A stretch of 64,000 nucleotides of DNA from Escherichia coli (lineage in GTDB: Bacteria > Pseudomonadota > Gammaproteobacteria > Enterobacterales > Enterobacteriaceae): NCBI RefSeq assembly GCF_024502345.1, contig NZ_JALDNN010000001.1; one strand, 5' to 3'. Shown piece after piece: positions 57,471 through 64,000 of the stretch. The position numbers were made by a program, and so were the translations under genes. How positions within the stretch are numbered: the first letter of the stretch is position 1; each line of letters opens with the position of its first letter. The notes under the pieces are model-generated. The model worked only from the letters and a program-made list of their open reading frames with translations, made no database searches and was not told where the DNA came from.

Positions 57471-59024
57471 ATGCACGAATATTTAATGTTTGCTCTGGCA
57501 CTCTCTCCTTTGCTGCTGATGGTATTTTTAATACTGAAATTAAAAATGCCCATCCATTATTCCGTACTGATCTCTTTGGTATTCACTGCTGCACTATCGG
57601 CAATATTCTGGGAAATGCCCACACAGAATCTGAAAGCCGCGATAGGCTATGGTGCACTGAAGGGACTATGGCCGATCGTAATTGTTATCCTCGGCGCTAT
57701 CTTCAGTTATAACGTCATGCAGGCGACCAAAGCGCTGGATATTCTGCGCGATATTCTCGCCAGCATTAGCGAAGATAAGCGTATTCAGGTGCTGCTGATT
57801 TCATGGTGTTTTGGTGGATTTCTTGAAGCCGCTGCGGGCTATGGCACGGCGGTCGCTATTCCGATCGGTATTCTCATTGCGCTGGGATTCAACCCGTTGA
57901 AGGCGGCGATTGCTTCCCTCGTAGCAAATACCGTTCCGACCGCATTTGGCGCGGTTGGGATCCCGGTTTCTATTCTGGCAGAGCAGGTTAATCTGCCGGT
58001 TTATACCTTAGGCGGAACCATTATTTTGCAGCTCGCGCTGTTTAATATCCTGCTGCCGTTTGTGATTGTCTGCATTATTGGCGGTGGCCTGAAAGCCATT
58101 CGCGGCGTATTTCTGATCACGTTGATTTGCGGCATTTCCACGCTGGTTCCGCAATATTTTGTCGCCATCCATCTTGGCGCGGAATTACCCGCCTTTGCCG
58201 GTAGCCTGGTCAGCCTGTTTGCCGTGGCGATGGTCAGTCGCCTGCGCAAAGGGAAAACCGATCCCGAGTGGCGCATTGAGGTCAGCCATACCCGCGAAAC
58301 CACGCCGCGCTCGGCAAAAGTGTTGTTCCGGGTTGGCTCTATTTATCTGTTTATTTTTGTGTTTATCCTGCTGTGTTCGCCGCTGTTCCCGACAATAAAA
58401 GGCGCGGCATCCCAACTGGCTTCGGTGCTGCATTTCCCGTTGGCTGACGGCAAAACGATGGCGCTGAAAGTTGAATGGGCGACCACACCGGGGATGCTGA
58501 TCATCTTTGCGACCATTATCGGCGGTTTTATTCAGGGAGCGTCCGCACGTGGGATGCTGGAAGTATTTATCAAAACGATTTTCCAGCTTAAAAACTCTAT
58601 CGTCGCAATTATGGCGATCGTCGCGCTGGCCACGGTGATGGATCTCAGCGGGATTATCTCCACGCTGGCCCAGTCGATTGTCGATCTGACCGGCAGCTCG
58701 TACGTCTTCCTCGCCCCGGTGATTGGCGCGCTGGGCACGTTCGTGACCGGCAGCGATACCAACTCGAACATTCTGTTCGGCAAGCTGCAAACCATTGCCG
58801 CCAGCAAGTTACATATCGATCCTAACTGGCTGGCGGCGGCCAATACCTCTGGCGCTACGGGGGGGAAAATGATTTCGCCGCAAAGCATCGCCATCGCAGT
58901 TTCTGCCACCAAAATGGACGGTCAGGCCAACCAGATTATGTCTGGCACCATGAAATACTGCTGCGCCTACATTGTGATCCTCGGCCTGAAAGTCGGTCTG
59001 TTTTATTACTGGTTTATGGCGTAA
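57471..59024 (+). CDS. L-lactate permease family transporter (LctP)
   Basis: 517-aa multi-TM protein with LctP-family C-terminal block TGSDTNSNILFGKLQ...[13 protein letters not shown]; divergent from the dld-like gene. Confidence 0.8.
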   Translation: MHEYLMFALALSPLLLMVFLILKLKMPIHYSVLISLVFTAALSAIFWEMPTQNLKAAIGYGALKGLWPIVIVILGAIFSYNVMQATKALDILRDILASISEDKRIQVLLISWCFGGFLEAAAGYGTAVAIPIGILIALGFNPLKAAIASLVANTVPTAFGAVGIPVSILAEQVNLPVYTLGGTIILQLALFNILLPFVIVCIIGGGLKAIRGVFLITLICGISTLVPQYFVAIHLGAELPAFAGSLVSLFAVAMVSRLRKGKTDPEWRIEVSHTRETTPRSAKVLFRVGSIYLFIFVFILLCSPLFPTIKGAASQLASVLHFPLADGKTMALKVEWATTPGMLIIFATIIGGFIQGASARGMLEVFIKTIFQLKNSIVAIMAIVALATVMDLSGIISTLAQSIVDLTGSSYVFLAPVIGALGTFVTGSDTNSNILFGKLQTIAASKLHIDPNWLAAANTSGATGGKMISPQSIAIAVSATKMDGQANQIMSGTMKYCCAYIVILGLKVGLFYYWFMA

Positions 59025-59281
59025 ACCATTGTCAACCCCGTCAAATTCGCGGCAATCGAATTTGACGACATAGTGACCAAAAAGGTTTGCACCGCCCCGG
59101 GAACGGAACGAGGCAACAGACTTTACGATTTGTCGGCGCTGACTAAAATAGCGCCGATGTTTCAAATCGAGGATTGTTGTTATGTTGTTCTGGAAAAAGA
59201 TGGTGAAGAAGTTCGACGCCTTTTCCGGTGATGCTGCCAACTTACTGATTTAGTGTATGATGGTGTTTTTGAGGTGCTCCA

Positions 59282-59557
59282 GTGGCTTCTGTTTCTATCA
59301 GCTGTCCCTCCTGTTCAGCTACTGACGGGGTGGTGCGTAACGGCAAAAGCACCGCCGGACATCAGCGCTATCTCTGCTCTCACTGCCGTAAAACATGGCA
59401 ACTGCAGTTCACTTACACCGCTTCTCAACCCGGTACGCACCAGAAAATCATTGATATGGCCATGAATGGCGTTGGATGCCGGGCAACCGCCCGCATTATG
59501 GGCGTTGGCCTCAACACGATTTTCCGCCATTTAAAAAACTCAGGCCGCAGTCGGTAA
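59282..59557 (+). CDS. insA: IS1 InsA
   Basis: 91 aa [43 protein letters not shown]... Confidence 0.85.
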   Translation: MASVSISCPSCSATDGVVRNGKSTAGHQRYLCSHCRKTWQLQFTYTASQPGTHQKIIDMAMNGVGCRATARIMGVGLNTIFRHLKNSGRSR

Positions 59558-59979
59558 CCTCGCGCATACAGCCGGGCAGTGACGTCATCGTCTGCGCGGA
59601 AATGGACGAACAGTGGGGATACGTCGGGGCTAAATCGCGCCAGCGCTGGCTGTTTTACGCGTATGACAGGCTCCGGAAGACGGTTGTTGCGCACGTATTC
59701 GGTGAACGCACTATGGCGACGCTGGGGCGTCTTATGAGCCTGCTGTCACCCTTTGACGTGGTGATATGGATGACGGATGGCTGGCCGCTGTATGAATCCC
59801 GCCTGAAGGGAAAGCTGCACGTAATCAGCAAGCGATATACGCAGCGAATTGAGCGGCATAACCTGAATCTGAGGCAGCACCTGGCACGGCTGGGACGGAA
59901 GTCGCTGTCGTTCTCAAAATCGGTGGAGCTGCATGACAAAGTCATCGGGCATTATCTGAACATAAAACACTATCAATAA
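59476..59979 (+). CDS. insB: IS1 InsB (made as InsAB' by programmed frameshift)
   Basis: 167-aa overlapping ORF, typical IS1 organisation. Confidence 0.8.
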   Translation: MPGNRPHYGRWPQHDFPPFKKLRPQSVTSRIQPGSDVIVCAEMDEQWGYVGAKSRQRWLFYAYDRLRKTVVAHVFGERTMATLGRLMSLLSPFDVVIWMTDGWPLYESRLKGKLHVISKRYTQRIERHNLNLRQHLARLGRKSLSFSKSVELHDKVIGHYLNIKHYQ

Positions 59980-60253
59980 GTTGGAGTCATTACCGACCGG
60001 GTTAAACCGGAAATGCGACACCTCGGAAGTGTCTCCTGAAAACCTTTCATCAGTACGCTCATCATGCTGTTCATAGAGTAGTCCAAATACAGTACCGTAC
60101 AGTACGGTACGTTTTATATCTTGACTTCTGAGCGCCGTCAAATGAAAATGTACTCGTCAGTACGATTACGAACCCTACTATCTGACGTGATTCCGAAATC
60201 TGAGAACAAAAAGTGTTGGCCCCGGCCAGACACCTAAACTAACGAGGAAACAT

Positions 60254-60898
60254 ATGGATAAAAGAGCGCTTAAACGGCAACAGATCCTGGAGGTCGCATC
60301 CGGACTGTTTCGACAAAAGGGATTTGATGCCACGTCTATCTCAGAAATTAACGCGATTGTTGGTGGCTCAAAATCGACAATTTACAGTCACTTTTCTTCG
60401 AAAGAAGAGCTATTTGTAGAATGCATGTCTTCAGAAACTGAACAGTATATAAAAAGCATGACTATTGAAACTGCGGGGCAGGTGCGCCTTTTCAGAAAAT
60501 CACCACAGCTGGTCATCGAGCAATTTGCCGTTGCCTTTTTACGCTATATTTGCTCTCCGGATATTGTGGATTTGCAAAGATTAATGATTTCCGAGGCCGG
60601 AAGATCGGGTATCGGAGAATTATATTATGCGCGAATGCAAAAACTGCGTTCAAATGTTTCGGCGCTTTTTACCGATTTAATGAATCAAAATATTTTAAGA
60701 AAAGATGATCCTGTGTTGGCGGCTGAGTATTTTCGTTCTCTTCTCCAGGCCGACATACTGGAACCCTTGCTTTTAAAAGCAAGAAAGGATCAGCCTGACG
60801 AAAGTGAAATCGTCATGAAAGCGCAGGCCTCCGTTAATGCGTTTATGAAACTGTATGGTCCTGAAAAAATTGAGGATGTAGCAAAGACATCTTTCTAA
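60254..60898 (+). CDS. TetR/AcrR-family transcriptional regulator
   Basis: 214 aa; N-terminal HTH LEVASGLFRQKGFDATSISEINAIVGGSKSTIYSHFSSKEELF; AT-rich gene. Confidence 0.75.
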   Translation: MDKRALKRQQILEVASGLFRQKGFDATSISEINAIVGGSKSTIYSHFSSKEELFVECMSSETEQYIKSMTIETAGQVRLFRKSPQLVIEQFAVAFLRYICSPDIVDLQRLMISEAGRSGIGELYYARMQKLRSNVSALFTDLMNQNILRKDDPVLAAEYFRSLLQADILEPLLLKARKDQPDESEIVMKAQASVNAFMKLYGPEKIEDVAKTSF

Positions 60899-60916
60899 AA
60901 TACAGTAAGCGTTCTT

Positions 60917-60946
60917 TCACCCTATTATTAGGGTGATTTTTCTTTT
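60917..60946 (+). terminator. Rho-independent terminator after the TetR-family gene
   Basis: tcaccct-attatt-agggtga hairpin followed by TTTTTCTTTT. Confidence 0.55.
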
Positions 60947-61021
60947 AGGAATATTTATTTTCAATTGTCATTGGATGACTTTGCCAACGGCCTTCTTGTA
61001 AATAAAATTTCGTGGATACTT

Positions 61022-61426
61022 ATGTGTATAAAGTTTACTCTCTTAAAAGATCGTGAAGCTGTAATTAAGTCTCTTACTCACTGGATTGACTCGAATTTAT
61101 ACCGGCCCATTACCGTTTTAGATGTGGCGCGGAAATCCGGTTATTCATTGGCTTACATTCAGCGTAACTTTCGCCAGGAGTGTGGCATAAGTATAGGTCT
61201 CTATATCCGAAGCCGGAAACTCGAAAAAGCCGCGCATATGCTCAGACATACGCAGCTCTCTGTTTCAGATATATTCACGATGTTAGGGTACGAGGAGCCG
61301 TCAACGTTCAGCAGAGCGTTCTCGAATCAATATGGGCTCTCCCCAACCAAATACCGCGAGCTGGCTAAAAAAAGTCACTACATGAATGGATTGTCGATGT
61401 TGATTACTGAGGTAACGCGCGAATAA
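61022..61426 (+). CDS. Small AraC-family (MarA/SoxS-like) transcriptional regulator
   Basis: Twin HTH pattern ...WIDSNLYRPITVLDVARKSGYSLAYIQRNFRQECGISIGLYIRSRKLEKAAHML...; start uncertain (ATG 61022, or TTG 60965). Confidence 0.65.
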   Translation: MCIKFTLLKDREAVIKSLTHWIDSNLYRPITVLDVARKSGYSLAYIQRNFRQECGISIGLYIRSRKLEKAAHMLRHTQLSVSDIFTMLGYEEPSTFSRAFSNQYGLSPTKYRELAKKSHYMNGLSMLITEVTRE

Positions 61427-61438
61427 AGCGATAATCCG

Positions 61439-63223
61439 CTAACCCGCCTCCAGCATCCCAAAGCTCACAATCCGCGCGCGGCCCAGCTCTTTCGCCCGGT
61501 ACAAGGCCACATCCGCGGCGCGCAGCAGGTTGTCAGTCTGGGCATGTTGCGGGTAGCTGGCAATGCCAATCGACACGTCCACCGGCCCAATCTCGGTCAG
61601 CCCGTAGCGAATCGACAGCTCATGTACGCCGGTGTAAATCGTCTGCACGCAGGCGTGCGCCTCTGGTTCATCGGCACCGGGAAGCAGCACCAGAAACTCC
61701 TCGCCCCCGTAGCGGAATGCGAGTCCGTTGTCATGGGCAGCCCGCTGGACAATTGACGCCACGCTTTTAATCACCTGATCGCCCGCTTCATGGCCGAATC
61801 GGTCGTTGATGCTCTTGAAGTGATCGATGTCGATCATCATGCAGCTTAACGGCTCGCCGGTGCGCAACGCCTGTGCCGTTTGGGTTTGCAGGGTATCTTC
61901 CAGATGATGACGATTACGCAGGCCGGTGAGCGGGTCGAACAAGGCTTTTTCCAGCAACGCGTCGCGCAGACGCTGGTTGGCCAGCGCCAGACCGAGCGCT
62001 TCGGCCATCAGTTCCAGATAGGCGCGGGATGGGGCGTTGTCCGCCGTAATATTCTGGAAGGAGAGCAGGCCAATGGCCTCGCCCTGGGCGATAAGCGGCA
62101 CGCACAGCGAACTATCCGCCTGGGGGGCCGGAAGATGATAGCAGGCGATATCCGGCTCACCGTTTACCGGCGGGTGGCTCTGCCCGCGACGCACGGCCCA
62201 GCACTCGTCAGGGTGGAAGCTCGTCTCTTCCCCAACCGGTGAAAGCCATTGCGCGACGCAGCGCATCTGCCACGGCTCCCGGTCAAGGACGTAAAGTCGG
62301 CCCGCGATCCCCGGTGCGATATTAGGCGCAAACAGCTCCGCCACGTTAATCACATCGTTAAAGTTCTCACACCCCTGCAGCCGCTGGGTCATGCGCGCCA
62401 GCAGTTCGCGGATGGCCCAGTCGGCATCGCGTTCTCTTTCCAGACGCTGTCGCGCCAGGCCGTTTTCGCGGAAGATGCGGATGGCCTGGGCCATATCGCC
62501 AATCTCATCAATCTGGTTGAAATTGGGCGTTTCAACCGCGTAATCCTGGGACGCCAGACGGTGCACCACGTCGCTCAGGCGCACCACGGGACGCAGCACG
62601 CGGCGCTTTAATATAAAGCCGAGAACAAACAGGAACAGCAGGGCGGTCAGGCCGACCATCAGCTCAGAGGCCGTACGCAGCGCTTTCGATTTTTTTGTCG
62701 CATCCTGAACGGAGGCGATGACGCGTTTGTCGAGTATCTGGCGGAAGTGATCGAGCTGGCTCTGCGCGCGCTCCAGCTCCTGCTCATAGGGCGCACCGTA
62801 GAGCAGCGCAACGGCCTGCGCGTCTTCTCCCTGCGTCGCGCTCGTTAGTGCCGTTTGCTGCTCGTCCTGTAGCTCATCGACGATCTTTATCCCTTCATGC
62901 AGCAGGGCCAGTTCTTCATCCGATGCGCCGTTATCCTGCAACTTTTCCAGCCGAAGCTCGATGCTCTTCAGGCTGTTTTCCGCCTGGTTATATTCCTTGA
63001 GAACCTGAGGATCTTTTTTAATGACGTACAGTCGTGCTAAATCAGACTGGGCCCAGATATCGGTTTCGATATCTTCCGTGAGCTGATCAAATTTCTGCCG
63101 TTGTTCAACGGCCTGACGCTCGAGGGTATCAGCACTGGACGCCATCAGCATGATGATGCCGGAGGCGATGGTCAGGCAGACCGTGGCCCCATAGGCCCAG
63201 TTTGTTATCGTTGCGATTCGCAC
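61439..63223 (-). CDS. Membrane-anchored diguanylate cyclase with N-terminal sensor/coiled-coil, GAF-like region and C-terminal GGDEF domain
   Basis: 594 aa; GGDEF-domain motifs RYGGEEF and DPLTGLRNRHHLED; GC-rich relative to neighbours. Confidence 0.8.
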   Translation of the reverse strand: MRIATITNWAYGATVCLTIASGIIMLMASSADTLERQAVEQRQKFDQLTEDIETDIWAQSDLARLYVIKKDPQVLKEYNQAENSLKSIELRLEKLQDNGASDEELALLHEGIKIVDELQDEQQTALTSATQGEDAQAVALLYGAPYEQELERAQSQLDHFRQILDKRVIASVQDATKKSKALRTASELMVGLTALLFLFVLGFILKRRVLRPVVRLSDVVHRLASQDYAVETPNFNQIDEIGDMAQAIRIFRENGLARQRLERERDADWAIRELLARMTQRLQGCENFNDVINVAELFAPNIAPGIAGRLYVLDREPWQMRCVAQWLSPVGEETSFHPDECWAVRRGQSHPPVNGEPDIACYHLPAPQADSSLCVPLIAQGEAIGLLSFQNITADNAPSRAYLELMAEALGLALANQRLRDALLEKALFDPLTGLRNRHHLEDTLQTQTAQALRTGEPLSCMMIDIDHFKSINDRFGHEAGDQVIKSVASIVQRAAHDNGLAFRYGGEEFLVLLPGADEPEAHACVQTIYTGVHELSIRYGLTEIGPVDVSIGIASYPQHAQTDNLLRAADVALYRAKELGRARIVSFGMLEAG

Positions 63224-63342
63224 CTGATGATCCTTTTACGACATGAGTAGGATGGCGTTCTTCAAATTATAGAAAACGTCTGATTTAAGGCGAAAAAAAA
63301 GGCGGCACATCGCCGCCTGGTGTGGTCTATATCGTCACATCC

Positions 63343-64000
63343 TCACAATTCTGGAGGATTTTTTCCTTCTTCGATGAAGTCGGGGTCCAGCTCTTCGGCG
63401 TTACCTTCGTGATCGCGCCCTGAGAAGAGGTTCCAGCAGGCGATAAACAGCGCGGCAATGAGCGGCCCAATCACAAAGCCGTTAATGCCGTACAGCTCCA
63501 TGCCGCCGAGGGTGGAGATCAGTATCAGGTAGTCCGGCATTTTGGTGTCTTTCCCGACCAGCAGCGGGCGCAGGATATTGTCCACCAGCCCGACGATAAT
63601 CACGAAGAAGCCGACAATAAACAGCCCTTGCCAAAGCTGATGGGTGGCGAACAGGAAGATGGCGGCGGGCACCCAGACAATCGCCGAGCCGATGGCGGGC
63701 ACCAGCGAGAGGAAGGCCATCAGCGCGCCCCAGAGCACGCTGCCGTCAATACCGGCAATCGCAAACGCAATCCCGCCGAGGATGCCCTGAACCACCGCCA
63801 CCGCCGCCGTACCTTTTACCGTGGCGCGCGACACGCCGACGAATTTGGCGAACAGGTGTTGCTTGGCGAAATCAGACAGCGGCAGGGAGTCGAGGATCTG
63901 GCGCACCAGATACGGGCCGTCTTTCAGCAGGAAGAACAGCAGATAAAGCATGATGCCGAAGCTTATCGCAAAGCCAAACGTGCCCTTGCCAATCAGAAAC
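63343..64000 (-). CDS. AI-2E-family (PerM/UPF0118) transporter, 3' part; gene continues beyond window end
   Basis: Multi-TM C-terminal region ending ...DPDFIEEGKNPPEL; ORF open to position 64000. Confidence 0.6.
   Translation of the reverse strand, partial: FLIGKGTFGFAISFGIMLYLLFFLLKDGPYLVRQILDSLPLSDFAKQHLFAKFVGVSRATVKGTAAVAVVQGILGGIAFAIAGIDGSVLWGALMAFLSLVPAIGSAIVWVPAAIFLFATHQLWQGLFIVGFFVIIVGLVDNILRPLLVGKDTKMPDYLILISTLGGMELYGINGFVIGPLIAALFIACWNLFSGRDHEGNAEELDPDFIEEGKNPPEL

Larger units (their letters stand above)
59227..59994 (+). mobile_element. IS1, complete (768 bp), no matching target-site duplication
   Basis: Ends GGTGATGCTGCCAACTTACTGAT and ...AGTTGGAGTCATTACC; flanking 9-mers gccttttcc vs gaccgggtt. 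Confidence 0.9.

Noticed and set aside
58185-58790. 201-aa minus-strand ORF
   Set aside because: Antisense within the lactate permease gene; Arg/Gln-rich junk translation.

Overview
Enterobacterial (E. coli-like) chromosomal window, reverse-complemented relative to the K-12 map at the glc/pheV locus, and strongly mosaic. Left to right: (1) 1-10.3 kb, a lipid-biosynthesis-like cluster next to yghO (flippase-like protein, YtfJ-like periplasmic protein, two LptF/LptG-family permeases, alpha-oxoamine synthase, ACP, frameshifted SDR reductase, fatty acyl-AMP ligase, frameshifted GNAT-like yghO). (2) 10.3-19.7 kb, intact glycolate operon glcC / glcDEFGBA. (3) 20.2-25.8 kb, a decayed pheV-type island: sslE reduced to its 5' end, IS30 and IS3-family fragments, an extra Tar/Tsr-like MCP, truncated IS26 fused to an IS3 orfB tail, an autotransporter-like fragment, a truncated P4-type integrase, and the last 49 nt of tRNA-Phe with its terminator. 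(4) 26-35.9 kb, a co-oriented minus-strand defense array: WYL regulator, small ORF, DUF262/DUF1524 (GmrSD-like) nuclease, Type I R-M hsdM-hsdS-hsdR with a TAEL 12-bp repeat in hsdS, and a gene built of 48-bp tandem repeats. (5) 36-46 kb, CP4-like island modules (tyrosine integrase, second WYL regulator, YfjQ-like DUF932, YfjP-like GTPase, a low-GC 308-aa orphan, IS903, YagK-like). (6) 46-50.6 kb, 5'-truncated appC fused to an HTH gene fragment, then appB-appX-appA and an etk 3' fragment cut by IS5. (7) 51.8-59 kb, a GntP permease fragment and a lactate cluster (dld-like, ykgEFG, lctP-like). (8) IS1, TetR and MarA-like regulators, a GGDEF diguanylate cyclase and a partial AI-2E transporter. None of IS903, IS5 or IS1 has matching target-site duplications, and several junctions carry no IS at all, so the region is either heavily rearranged or chimeric. 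The most interesting candidates are the WYL-regulated defense array with its repeat gene, and the sphingolipid-like lipid cluster. All calls rest on reading the supplied ORF translations and sequence; no database search was run.
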